Positions 49,892 through 59,470 of a DNA stretch of 64,000 nucleotides are shown here, one piece after another; within the stretch, counting starts at the first letter, position 1, and each line of letters starts with the position of its first letter. Both the position numbers and the translations under genes were made by a program. This stretch comes from Chloroflexota bacterium (GTDB lineage Bacteria > Chloroflexota > UBA11872 > VXOZ01): NCBI GenBank assembly GCA_963663275.1, contig OY760183.1:1152001-1216000 (forward strand). Reading direction: 5' to 3'. The notes beneath the pieces are model-generated. The model did not search any database. It saw nothing but the letters and a program-made list of their open reading frames with translations, and had not been told where the DNA came from.

Positions 49892-51499
49892 TTACGTGAT
49901 GATAACCGCGCCCTCGCCGCGGGGGTCGGAGCCGCCGTCCACCGTGCCGTCGGCGCCGAGTGTGACGAGTTGGCAGAGCGCAAAGCGGGAGGGATAGCTG
50001 ATCGGGTCTTGTTCCACCGTGAAACCCTTTGCCCGCAGGGCGTCGCAGGTATCCGTGCGCAGGCGCGCGTCGCACCAGATGGTATCGCCTTCGGCGTGGA
50101 TGCGCGGCGCGGTCACGGCTTCGGTGGCGCTCATGCCGAAATCGACCACGTTCGTAAACGCCTGCACCAGCGCGCTCAGGATGGCGTTGCCGCCCGGCGC
50201 GCCCCAGGCCACGGCGGGCTTGCCGTCCCGCGTAGCGATGGCGGGCATCATCAGGTGCAGCCGCGCCTTGCCCGGGGCAAACGAACTGGCGCGTCCCGGC
50301 CGGGGATCGAAGCGGTTCATGCCATTGTTGTAGACGAACCCCGTGCCGGGTGTCATGACGCCGGAGTGGTTGCCGTTGCTGTGGGTGATGCAGGCGATGT
50401 TGCCCGCCGCGTCCACCACGGTGAGATGCGTGGTGTCCGCGTGCTCTTGGGGCGGCGCGACGCCGCCGACGGTACCAGCCGCCACCGCAGCGCGGAGTTG
50501 GGACGCGCGTTCTTGTGACAGGAACGCGGCCTCCGGTGAGTGAGACAAAAAATCCGGGTCTCCCAGGTAGTCGCGCCGGTCTTGATTGACAAATTGCAGC
50601 GTTGACCCCACGTGGGCGAGGTAGTCCGCGCTGCCGTGTCCCAACGCCGGCAGGTCGAAGCCGTCCAGCACGTTCAGCGCCTGCAGCAGCAGCGGCCCGC
50701 CGCCCGGCGCGCCGTTGCTGTAGACCGTGTAGCCGCGGTAGGACGTGGCGCGGGGCGCGTAGGTCACGGGCCGGTAGGCGGCCAGGTCGGCGCGGGTCAC
50801 GAACGCACCGTTCCGCTCCAGGTCATCGCCGATTCTTGCGGCCAATTCGCCGTTATAGAAATCGTCCGCACCGCGCGCCGCAAGCTGTCCCAGCGTGTCG
50901 GCGTAGGCCGGATTGCGCAGTTGTTCGTCCGGGCTGAACGGCGCGCCATCCGGCTTCAGGTAGAGCGCGGCGCAGTCCGGCGTGGCGCTCAGGCGTTCGA
51001 CGCGGCTCGGCTTGTAGGGTTCCGGCTCCTCGTGCGTCACCTGGGTCATGCCCGGCAGCACGGGGAAACCCTGCCGCGCCACGCGCATGGCCGGTTGCAG
51101 CAGGTCGCGCCAGGGCATGGAGCAGAAGCGGCGCTGCACCTCGCCCAGCGCCGCCACCGCGCCGGGCGTGCAGATGGACGTATAGCCCATGGTGCTGCGG
51201 AAGTCATCGAAGAGGCTTTCGCCGTTGAAATCGCCTTCGCCTTTGTAGTCCGCGACCCACATGTCCGCCGTCACCCGCGACCCGGCGCGCAGGCAGCCGT
51301 CCACGATCACGTGCGCGTCGTGCTCGCGCGAGAAGATGTGCGCCGAGACCATTCCCCCAATGCCGCAGCTAAAGGGGGTGACGATCATCTGCGTGAAGGC
51401 GGTGGCAATGGCCGCGTCGAAGGCGTTGCCGCCCGCTTCCAGGATTTTCGCGCCTTCCTCGGCGGCGCGGGGATGGACGCAGACGACGATACCGGGCAT
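49892..51499 (-). CDS. Gamma-glutamyltransferase family Ntn hydrolase
   Basis: GGNAFDAAIA, GIGG, TPGAV, TTHLTVVD, GAPGG, GSDPRG. Confidence 0.92.
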   Translation of the reverse strand: MPGIVVCVHPRAAEEGAKILEAGGNAFDAAIATAFTQMIVTPFSCGIGGMVSAHIFSREHDAHVIVDGCLRAGSRVTADMWVADYKGEGDFNGESLFDDFRSTMGYTSICTPGAVAALGEVQRRFCSMPWRDLLQPAMRVARQGFPVLPGMTQVTHEEPEPYKPSRVERLSATPDCAALYLKPDGAPFSPDEQLRNPAYADTLGQLAARGADDFYNGELAARIGDDLERNGAFVTRADLAAYRPVTYAPRATSYRGYTVYSNGAPGGGPLLLQALNVLDGFDLPALGHGSADYLAHVGSTLQFVNQDRRDYLGDPDFLSHSPEAAFLSQERASQLRAAVAAGTVGGVAPPQEHADTTHLTVVDAAGNIACITHSNGNHSGVMTPGTGFVYNNGMNRFDPRPGRASSFAPGKARLHLMMPAIATRDGKPAVAWGAPGGNAILSALVQAFTNVVDFGMSATEAVTAPRIHAEGDTIWCDARLRTDTCDALRAKGFTVEQDPISYPSRFALCQLVTLGADGTVDGGSDPRGEGAVIIT

Positions 51500-51506
51500 T
51501 GTATCC

Positions 51507-51968
51507 TTAACTTTCCGCTATCGCGCCGCTGGCCGTGCCGACCACCACCGGCGCGCCGTCTTGGTTCTCGCACTGGATGTCCAGCGTAAAGCGCACGCCG
51601 GCATCCGTTTCTTCCCGCGCCGTTACCCGCGCCGTGCAGGTAACGGCGTCACCCGCGTCCACAATGCCGATGAACTTTGACGTTAGTTCGCCGCCGCTCA
51701 GCCACTGCTCGCCAAAGAGGTCTACCAGCAGTTCCGTCAGGTAGCCGAGGCACATGGCGCCGGAGGCCGCGCGGGTAGGCAGGCCGCTCTGTTGGGCGGC
51801 AGCCAGGTCGGTGTGCACGTTCTTGGCGGGCCAGCCGTCAAAGCGCGGCCAGCCGCCGGAAAAGAGCCACGTGCGGTACGACGTGACCTTCTTCACGCGG
51901 CCCGTCGCCGTGTGGCCGACGGGCGTATCATGCGTTAGCGGTAGCATTGTCGGATTGTCACCCGGCAT
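51507..51968 (-). CDS. MaoC/hotdog-fold dehydratase
   Basis: NVHTD...GLP..AASG, KFIG.VDAGD, ENQDG. Confidence 0.75.
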   Translation of the reverse strand: MPGDNPTMLPLTHDTPVGHTATGRVKKVTSYRTWLFSGGWPRFDGWPAKNVHTDLAAAQQSGLPTRAASGAMCLGYLTELLVDLFGEQWLSGGELTSKFIGIVDAGDAVTCTARVTAREETDAGVRFTLDIQCENQDGAPVVVGTASGAIAES

Positions 51969-52410
51969 CGGTTGCTCCCATGTAGATGTTCGTCGAGACC
52001 CGGCGAAGCACCTGCCGCCCGGTCTCAGTGGTAATCAGCGCCTCCACCACCTGGTAGAGCCGGCCGCGTTTCTCATAGGTATCAAGGACTTTCCAGGAGA
52101 CGGTGAGTGTGCTGCCCACGGGCGCGGGTTCGAGAAAGGTCGCCTCTTCGTGGGTATGAATCGCCGCCACGCCGGCCGGCAGGGAGAACGCGGGGCTGCG
52201 CGTCAGGTTGCTGAAGTTGAAGAGCAGGCCGGCATGGATGATGGGGACCGCCGCATGATCCGATGACGCGCCGCCGCCTTCCATGTAGCGCGGATGGAAG
52301 TCCTCCACGGCGTGCAGGTAGTTTTCGTTGAATTCCTCCGTCACGTGGAACGTGAACGGGGCCAGTTCTTCACCGGCGACGAGCCGGTCGGTGCGCTGCG
52401 GCGTTGCCAC
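51958..52410 (-). CDS. MaoC/hotdog-fold partner
   Basis: GEELAPF, DFHPRY, IHTHEEATFLEP..VG, YEKRGR. Confidence 0.7.
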   Translation of the reverse strand: MATPQRTDRLVAGEELAPFTFHVTEEFNENYLHAVEDFHPRYMEGGGASSDHAAVPIIHAGLLFNFSNLTRSPAFSLPAGVAAIHTHEEATFLEPAPVGSTLTVSWKVLDTYEKRGRLYQVVEALITTETGRQVLRRVSTNIYMGATDAG

Positions 52411-52538
52411 GATGTCGTTATCCTCCTTGCCTGCGTGCCACCTTAGTATAGGCGTTTTTCAGGTTTCAGGCGCTCGATTGACTCTCTCGCCAACCCGGCC
52501 TTGCTCCGATGTCTCACCCTCACCCCGGCCCTCTCCCT

Positions 52539-53804
52539 TGTACAGTCCGGGGACATGGGTAACAGTTATTCAGGGAGATAGGTTACACATTTTGTTCACT
52601 GAGGTCTACCGTTCTTATCGGATTGACAGCGAAGTAGACGTTCCAGACGCCGTCGGTTTGCGTGGGTCGCAGGGCGACGCGGGTGTGGGCGAAAGCTCGC
52701 CCCACGCGGAGGGTCTTGCCCTGGAACGAGATGCGGCCGCTGACGTCGACGGCGCGCACCTGGTCGTCGGGAGCGTAGGTGATGGGGGGCAGCGTTTCGG
52801 GAAAGGGCTGTGGACTGGGCGTGTACCGGCTGACGGGCGTGTTGAGCGTGAGGGCGTGGTGCGGGCGTTCCCGGTTGTAGAAGTGCCGCCAAGCGTCGAA
52901 GGCGCGCTGGCAGTGCTCCAGGTTGGTGAAGGTGCGACCGGCCAGGACTTCGCTTTTCAGGGAGCGGTGGAAGCGTTCCAGCTTGCCGAGGGTCTGGGGA
53001 TGGTAGGGACGGCTGTGAAGCACCTTGATGCCCAGGCGCATGAGCCAGACGGTGAGCGGCGTGAAGGGATGGGCGCTGTCGTTGCCCCAGGGGGCGCCGT
53101 TGTCCATGAGCATGGCCGCAGGCAGGCCGTAGCGCCGAAAGACGCGGGTGAGGCGCTCCTGGACGGTCTGACCCCGCTCGTCGGCGCAGGCCTCCACAGC
53201 CAGGTTGTAGCGGGAATGGTCGTCGAGCACGGTGAGCGGATGGCAGCGGTCGCGAGACATGGCGAAATGCCCCTTGAAGTCCATCTGCCAGAGTTCGTTG
53301 GGCAGCGGGCGCTCAAAGCGAATGAAGGGCATGCGCTTGGCGCTCTCGGCCGGGTCGATCAACCCGTGGCGCTTGAGAATGGCGTTGATGGTGCTCCTGG
53401 CGGGCACGTCGGCGTAGCCGCGGTTCCGCAGCATCCGGCCCAGCGCGTCCGCGCCCTTCCCCGGATGTGCCAGGCGCAAGGCGATGATGTGCCGCTCCAT
53501 CTCTGGACGCGTGCGCTGTGGGCTGGTGTGCGGACGCCGCGACCGGTCCCCCAGGTTCTCCATCCCGCCCTGCCTGTAGCGCGTGCGCCACTTGTAGCCG
53601 GTCTTGCGGCTGATGCCCATACGCTTGCACAGTGCGCTCATGCTCACCTCACCCGTCAGCATCACGGCTATAAACTCTTCCCGCTCAGACATAGGTGTAC
53701 TCACTTTCCACGACATGGTCGTCCTCCTCTAGTGACGAATTCCCATGCCTTATGGTGTAACCTATGTCCCTGAAAATGTGTTACCTATGTCCCCGGGCTC
53801 TACA
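52539..53804 (-). mobile_element. IS481-family insertion sequence
   Basis: TGT...ACA ends, ~50-bp imperfect IRs with internal GGACATAGGT(T)AAC repeats, TCCCT direct repeat at 52534-52538 and 53805-53809. Confidence 0.93.
52583..53716 (-). CDS. IS481-family DDE transposase
   Basis: GISRKTGYKW, DRSRRP, WQMDFKG, DDHSR, DNG, GKLERFH, YNRERPH. Confidence 0.95.
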   Translation of the reverse strand: MSWKVSTPMSEREEFIAVMLTGEVSMSALCKRMGISRKTGYKWRTRYRQGGMENLGDRSRRPHTSPQRTRPEMERHIIALRLAHPGKGADALGRMLRNRGYADVPARSTINAILKRHGLIDPAESAKRMPFIRFERPLPNELWQMDFKGHFAMSRDRCHPLTVLDDHSRYNLAVEACADERGQTVQERLTRVFRRYGLPAAMLMDNGAPWGNDSAHPFTPLTVWLMRLGIKVLHSRPYHPQTLGKLERFHRSLKSEVLAGRTFTNLEHCQRAFDAWRHFYNRERPHHALTLNTPVSRYTPSPQPFPETLPPITYAPDDQVRAVDVSGRISFQGKTLRVGRAFAHTRVALRPTQTDGVWNVYFAVNPIRTVDLSEQNV

Positions 53805-54235
53805 TCCCTCAGGGAGAGGGGACAAGAGGCCGCTCCGTTCGACTCCCTCTCCCTCAGGAGACCTTTGCATAACTCTGTCATTCCGGTGAAAACCGGAATC
53901 CAGAGTGCTTTTGCAACTAAACGTTGCATGGTTTCAAGCCATTTCACCTCCCATCCCAACCTTCCCTCCAGTGGGGAAGGGGTTACGCAAAGGTCTCCTC
54001 AGGGAGAGGGGACGAGAGGCCGCTCCGTTCCACTCCCTCTCCCTGGGGAGAGGGCCGGGGTGAGGGGAAAATTAGCGCCGATCGTACACAATTCGCACTG
54101 TTCGGCAGAGTTACGCAACGGTCTCCTGAGGGAAGGGGAGCAGGCGCAGATCCCCCTCACCCTAGCCCCCTCCCTCAGGGAGAGGGGACAAGAGGCCGCT
54201 CCGCTCCGTTCCCTCTCCCTGAGGGAGAGGGAACG
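53805..54235. repeat. Cluster of CCCTCTCCCTCAGGGAGAGGG REPs
   Basis: At least five copies with repeated GACAAGAGGCCGCTCCG linkers; inverted MITE 1 end at ~54105-54125. Confidence 0.85.
53858..53997. mobile_element. MITE family 1, intact 140-bp copy
   Basis: GAGACCTTTGCATAAC...GTTACGCAAAGGTCTC TIRs; CTCAG duplicated on both sides. Confidence 0.85.
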
Positions 54236-54237
54236 GA

Positions 54238-55653
54238 CTAAGAGCCCGTCTCCGGTCTTTCGTCCACGAAGCGTTTGAACTTGTAGCCTCCGGCGATTTC
54301 GCCGAAGCCGTCCGCCGGCAGGAACTCAATCTCGGGGCTGACCTCCGTTTCGGCGCGCACGGTAGCCGCGATCTCCTGCCGCAAGCGTGCGCGTTCCGGT
54401 TCGGCGCACGCCGCGCGCACGCGCAGCACGTCGGCGGAGAGCGGGTCGTTGGGCGTTTGCCGCGTAATAACCACCTGGTACTCCTTCACCCCGCGGCTCA
54501 GCAGACCGGAGAGGCCCTCCAGCAGCACGGCCGGATTCACCAGCGTGCCCTTCACCTTGGTCAGGCCGTCCACCCGGTAGGGGCTGCCCAGAAAGCGCGG
54601 CTCATGGCGGCCGCAGTGGGGGCATGGCTTATGGGTCAGCGCCACCACGTCGCCGGCCGCGTAGCGCGGCAGCACCGTGCCCCGGCGGTTGAGGTGGGTA
54701 AGCACCAGCAAGCCCCGCGCGCCGTCGGGCACGGGCGCGTAGGTCTGCGGATCCACCACCTCGAAGAAGAACTGCGCCGGCGTCGGCAGGTGCGCGCCGC
54801 CGTTTTCGCGGCACTCGATGGACGGACCCATGAGTTCGGTCATGCCGTAGCCGTTGTTGACCGTTACGTGGGGGCTGCCCATGCGCGTCAGCCGCGCGCG
54901 CATGTCGTCGCGCATGGCCGTGGGGCACGGCTCGCCCATGGCCATCACCAGCCGCACGGCGCTGAAGTCTCTGCCCAGCGTCTCCGCGCGCATAATCACC
55001 CGCCGCACGTAGGAGGTGATGCCCCAGAGCACCGTGGCGCGCTGCCCCTCGATGAGGTCGATCGCCTCGTCCATGCGCCGGTGCACGGGAAAATCGCCAT
55101 AGGCGCGGCCGGTGAGGGCGCTGAGCAGCCGGCTGCCAACCGCCATGGCCCCCCACGTGGCGCTCAAGAAGCCTTGATGGGGTACCGCGCTCAGGGGAAA
55201 GAGATTCATCACCGTGTCCGCCGGGCCGATGCCGGCGATGCGCGCGCCGCGCCCCAGCAGGTCGATGCGCGCAAACCGGTCGTGCACCGTATCGTAGAAC
55301 GGCGTCGGCTCGCCGGACGACCCCGCCGTGTAGATGATGTCCGCCAGCGTTCTTTCTTCCACGCTCAGGCCCGCTGCGCGGCTGGAATCCAGGCGAAACG
55401 ACTCCGGGTCGCGCACGTAGTCCTGCTTGGTCATGGGCGGCAGCTTGGGGATGTCGTCCACCGTGCGGAAGTCTTCCGGCGTCAGCCCGCGCTCCCGCAA
55501 GACCCGCCGCGCGTAGGGATGCGCCCGCGCCCACAGCGGCGCCATGCGGCTCAGGTACGCGTTCTGTTGGTCGCGCAGCCGCTCAAGGTAGGCGGTTGTT
55601 CCAGCCACGGCAGGTGATGCCGGCGCGTGCGGGCGCTGCGTAGATGTGCTCAT
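54238..55653 (-). CDS. Phenylacetate--CoA ligase (PaaK)-like adenylate-forming enzyme
   Basis: KLPPMTK, YTAGSSGEP, GEP, GYGMTE, RYAAGD, RVDGLTKVKG; start position uncertain. Confidence 0.85.
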   Translation of the reverse strand: MSTSTQRPHAPASPAVAGTTAYLERLRDQQNAYLSRMAPLWARAHPYARRVLRERGLTPEDFRTVDDIPKLPPMTKQDYVRDPESFRLDSSRAAGLSVEERTLADIIYTAGSSGEPTPFYDTVHDRFARIDLLGRGARIAGIGPADTVMNLFPLSAVPHQGFLSATWGAMAVGSRLLSALTGRAYGDFPVHRRMDEAIDLIEGQRATVLWGITSYVRRVIMRAETLGRDFSAVRLVMAMGEPCPTAMRDDMRARLTRMGSPHVTVNNGYGMTELMGPSIECRENGGAHLPTPAQFFFEVVDPQTYAPVPDGARGLLVLTHLNRRGTVLPRYAAGDVVALTHKPCPHCGRHEPRFLGSPYRVDGLTKVKGTLVNPAVLLEGLSGLLSRGVKEYQVVITRQTPNDPLSADVLRVRAACAEPERARLRQEIAATVRAETEVSPEIEFLPADGFGEIAGGYKFKRFVDERPETGS

Positions 55654-55959
55654 CGAAACCTTGCTTGTCCGTCGTCTCTCGCCGCGGCCCGTGATGGAGA
55701 GCCGTAGCCGCTGTGTTTCGCGGAGGTACGGACGCGCCAATGCGCCGACCTCTCGGATTTCCCGATTCTAGCGCGGTTGATAGGCGGATTCAAGGAGTGC
55801 CAATGAGCATACGTCGGCGCAGTGAAGTACTAGACAGCTTGTTACAGAAGTGTACGTGTGTCAAAATTGGTGCAACTGGGTTGCGCCCCGCACCCGTTGG
55901 ACATCATGGCGATTCATGCGTTGTATCAGTCCCAATAGTCTCGGGGGACGAGTGAAGCG

Positions 55960-57804
55960 ATGCAAATGAGAATGTGTAGAGCAGCATTGAAAAGTACTGC
56001 ATCTGGCTTGCTGCTGTTGGGAGTTGCATTGCTGCTGCTGTCTATGGGTTGTACTGAGGAGCCCCCAAGCAGCTATGCACGTCCCTATCCAAGCTTGACT
56101 TGGACTCCAGACGGGTCGCACATTCTCTTCTCCCACGAAGACGCACGCGGGACGTTTGTGATCGATGCCGCGGGCACGCGCTTGAACTCAATACCCGAGA
56201 ATACCGGGCTTGGGGACTATGATCATCCAGCCAGCGCATCAGCTTCTCTTTCACCCGATGGCTCGCGGGTTGCCTACGCTGTTGTAATCGACCTAAGCGA
56301 GTCGAAGGAGGCCACCTTCTTTGATCTATTCGACTCTGAGATTATGGTCGCGAACTTAGATGGCACAGGCGTGCGCAGGCTAACGCACGACGTTCGATCG
56401 GAGGACTTTAGCCCCGCCTGGTCGCCGGATGGCAACCGGATTGCCTTTATCAAGGATGTTCGCTATGCCGAGTCCCACATAGGCCCCTTAGCCATAATGA
56501 ACGCAGATGGATCGGACGCGCGGACAATCAGGCTGCCGCCCGATGTCACGTATGTGCTCTATCGACCGGTATGGTCTCCCGATGGCAGTTGGATCGCGGC
56601 CATAGGCGGCGGTGAAGCACTTTCAGGCAGCCATCTCTTCTTGGTGCGGCCGGACGGCTCCGGTGTCCTAAACGTCGGGCCCGCTACGGGTCACCCGGCA
56701 TGGTCTCCTGACAGCAGCAGGCTTGCCTTCTTCCAGTTCGAATATGAGGCAGAGACCTGGGTTTTGTATACGGCGAACGCGAATGGAACGGACAGGCGGC
56801 GGTTGGCGGCATTTGAGCAGATGGAAAACTGGTCGCACCCTCAGCTTTCTTGGTCGCCGGACGGTTCAGCGCTGCTCTTCGCCTATGAACATAAGTACGG
56901 ACACCCTTCAAGCACGGGGCACGTGGTCGGCGTGGATGACGGGAGCATACTTGCCAATGTGGAGGGCCTTGTTGCCGCGTGGTCGCCGGACGGTTCCCGT
57001 ATTGCAGTCTTAACCCGATTGACCTCCACTTCTAAGGAGATAGTGTCCAATAGCCCAGTGCTGTACACGATGGCGTGGGATGGTTCAGATATACAGGTTC
57101 TGGTGCGCGAAACCGACAAGGGATTGGTCGCTGAAAATTCGGATTGGCGCGACGTATCTGGTGACATTGCGGCGTGCGCCGACCTCTACGGAGACAATCC
57201 AGGCTTGGCGGCAGACTGCCGGGCATTGTTGCGGAGTCTCTACGACTTGGCCGGGGATACCATCCTCAACTGGAGCGCGGAGGTCCCGATAGAAAGGTGG
57301 CAAGGGGTTGTAGTAGAAGGCGACCCGCCCCGAGTACGGCATCTGGGACAGACTTTTACCCCTGGCCTGAATGGTGTAGTCCCGCCGGCTTTAGGCAGTC
57401 TTGATAGTCTGGAGATATTGTTGCTCCCGTACAACAGTCTGACAGGAAGCATTCCAGCAGAGTTAGGTAACCTGAGCGAGCTTAAGTGGTTGGGCTTAGA
57501 AGGAAACGCATTGTCTGGGAGTATTCCGGCAGAACTTGGCGAACTTAGGAGTTTGATTCAATTGGATCTTAAAGGCAACCAACTGAGCGGCAGCATTCCG
57601 CCAGAACTGGGTAATCTCACAAGCTTGCAGAGTTTAAATCTTGGAGAAAACCGGCTCACCGGCAGCATACCTCCGGAACTGGGAAACCTTGCACACCTGA
57701 GAGTGCTGATCATCGATAGGAACAACCTGAGCGGCTGTGTGCCGAGTGCATTGTCCGATACGTTGACCGAGTTCTGGTCCGACGGTCTGGAATTCTGCAA
57801 GTAA
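55960..57804 (+). CDS. Secreted/lipoprotein TolB-like (PD40) beta-propeller fused to LRR domain
   Basis: Signal with SMGC, repeated WSPDG, then plant-type LRRs and GCVP...FC cap. Confidence 0.85.
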   Translation: MQMRMCRAALKSTASGLLLLGVALLLLSMGCTEEPPSSYARPYPSLTWTPDGSHILFSHEDARGTFVIDAAGTRLNSIPENTGLGDYDHPASASASLSPDGSRVAYAVVIDLSESKEATFFDLFDSEIMVANLDGTGVRRLTHDVRSEDFSPAWSPDGNRIAFIKDVRYAESHIGPLAIMNADGSDARTIRLPPDVTYVLYRPVWSPDGSWIAAIGGGEALSGSHLFLVRPDGSGVLNVGPATGHPAWSPDSSRLAFFQFEYEAETWVLYTANANGTDRRRLAAFEQMENWSHPQLSWSPDGSALLFAYEHKYGHPSSTGHVVGVDDGSILANVEGLVAAWSPDGSRIAVLTRLTSTSKEIVSNSPVLYTMAWDGSDIQVLVRETDKGLVAENSDWRDVSGDIAACADLYGDNPGLAADCRALLRSLYDLAGDTILNWSAEVPIERWQGVVVEGDPPRVRHLGQTFTPGLNGVVPPALGSLDSLEILLLPYNSLTGSIPAELGNLSELKWLGLEGNALSGSIPAELGELRSLIQLDLKGNQLSGSIPPELGNLTSLQSLNLGENRLTGSIPPELGNLAHLRVLIIDRNNLSGCVPSALSDTLTEFWSDGLEFCK

Positions 57805-57888
57805 CCATCAAAGTGCGATAATGCTCTTGTTGAATTCAGGCGATGCTGCAAAAGGACGTGCCAATTAGAAACCAGGAGGAGAATTGCG

Positions 57889-58866
57889 TTGGCAACCACA
57901 CAGATGTTATCCGAAATGATCACCGATTCACGGGCGTGGACGGCGCGGACGATCGACGCGGAGGCGTCGTGGCGCTATGGGTTGACGGCGGATTGCTTTG
58001 CCGAGCTTGACGCTTTTCTGGCGCAGTGGCGCGGCCAGGACCAGCCGCTCACCGAAACGCGCATCCGGCGCGCGGACTTTCCGGCCTGCGCCGCGGTGCT
58101 GGATGGCGCGCTGGCCGGTTTGGAGACCGGGCGGGGCTTTGCCATCGTCGAGCGCGTGTCTTTGGATCGCTACTCGCGTGACGAAGCGCAGGCGCTCTAC
58201 TGGGCGGTCGGCCAGCTTCTCGGCGCGCCTTTTGCCCAGGACGTGAAAGGCACGCTGCTCTACGACGTGCGCGACACCGGGCAAGACCCCACCAAAGGGG
58301 CGCGCTTCTCCGTGAGCAACGTGGAGAGCAGCTTTCACATGGACCACTGCTTCGGCGATCCGACCCCCGACATCCTGGGTCTGCTCAGCCTGCACGGGGC
58401 GAAGTCCGGCGGCCGGAGCCAGTTCCTCAGCGCCTATACGCTCCACAACGAACTGCTGCGCCAATGCCCGGACGACCTGCCGGCGCTTTACGAGCCGTTC
58501 TACTTCGACCGGCGGGGGCAATTCAAGGAAGGCGAGAAGCCGGTGTTCGAGGCGCCGGTCTTCCGCTGGGACGCCGCGGGCTTGCACATCCGCTATCTGT
58601 ACTACTACATCCTGATCGGCCGGGAACGCATGGGCAAGCCGTTCAGCCCGGCGCAGAGGCGGGCGCTGGAGGCGGTGGAAGCCACGCTGCGCCGCGACGA
58701 CCTGCACGTGGAACTGCTGCTGGAACCGGGCCAAATGCTCTTCACCAGCAATCACTGGCTGCTGCATAACCGCACGTCGTTCGAGGATTATCCCGAACCG
58801 GAACGGCGGCGCCACCTGGTGCGCCTCTGGCTGAGCAACCGCAACGGCGCGGCGGCGCATCATTAG
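57889..58866 (+). CDS. TauD/TfdA-family Fe(II)/2-oxoglutarate dioxygenase
   Basis: FHMD, GGRS..S, LHNRT, RRHLVRLWL; AGGAGG RBS. Confidence 0.85.
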   Translation: MATTQMLSEMITDSRAWTARTIDAEASWRYGLTADCFAELDAFLAQWRGQDQPLTETRIRRADFPACAAVLDGALAGLETGRGFAIVERVSLDRYSRDEAQALYWAVGQLLGAPFAQDVKGTLLYDVRDTGQDPTKGARFSVSNVESSFHMDHCFGDPTPDILGLLSLHGAKSGGRSQFLSAYTLHNELLRQCPDDLPALYEPFYFDRRGQFKEGEKPVFEAPVFRWDAAGLHIRYLYYYILIGRERMGKPFSPAQRRALEAVEATLRRDDLHVELLLEPGQMLFTSNHWLLHNRTSFEDYPEPERRRHLVRLWLSNRNGAAAHH

Positions 58867-58874
58867 AGGGTTGG

Positions 58875-59042
58875 CTCCCCCTTGCAGTGGGTTACGGTTA
58901 GGGTGAGAGCGGCGTCCGGTCCCCTCTCCCTCTGGGTTACGTTAGGGTAGCGATGTCTCGTTCCCTCTCCCGCTGGGAGAGGGTTAGGGTGAGGGCGAAT
59001 CCCCGTAGGTAGGGGCACGACATGTCGTGCCCCTACCTACGG
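58875..59042. repeat. REP cluster including a 40-bp perfect palindrome (59003-59042)
   Basis: CCGTAGGTAGGGGCACGACATGTCGTGCCCCTACCTACGG and three GGTTAGGGTGAG-type copies. Confidence 0.85.
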
Positions 59043-59150
59043 AAAGAACCGACAGATTTCTAGCCGCGTGGATGCTCAACCCTTGCCAATAGGCCGTAGC
59101 GCGAGACGCGGAGAGCAGTTTTTTCTTCGGGCCGTAGCGCGGGGGCTTGT

Positions 59151-59318
59151 CCCCAATGCTGTCGCATTAAACACAATGAGAGTGAAAACAACGCTCGTTT
59201 CTCCGGTAGCGCAGGTTTGTAACCTGCGTCTTCCGTAGGGTCAATCCATTTCGTTCTCACTTTGCTTGCTCCGGCGGGGGACAAGCCCCCGCGCTACGTT
59301 TACGCGACAGCATTGGGG
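59151..59318. mobile_element. MITE family 3, best-preserved 168-bp copy
   Basis: TIR CCCCAATGCTGTCGC / GCGACAGCATTGGGG; CTTGT duplicated at 59146-59150 and 59319-59323. Confidence 0.85.
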
Positions 59319-59379
59319 CTTGTCCCCCGCCGGAGCGTGAGGCGCAGAACGTCAGACGCAGGTTACAAACCTGCGCTAC

Positions 59380-59470
59380 CGGAGGGTGGGACACGGAGGG
59401 TGGGACACGGAGGGTGGGACACGGAGGGTGGGACACGGAGGGTGGGACACGGAGGGTGGGACACGGAGGG
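59380..59470. repeat. Perfect 14-bp minisatellite (CGGAGGGTGGGACA) x6.5
   Basis: Direct inspection; related short copy at ~59577-59600. Confidence 0.95.
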
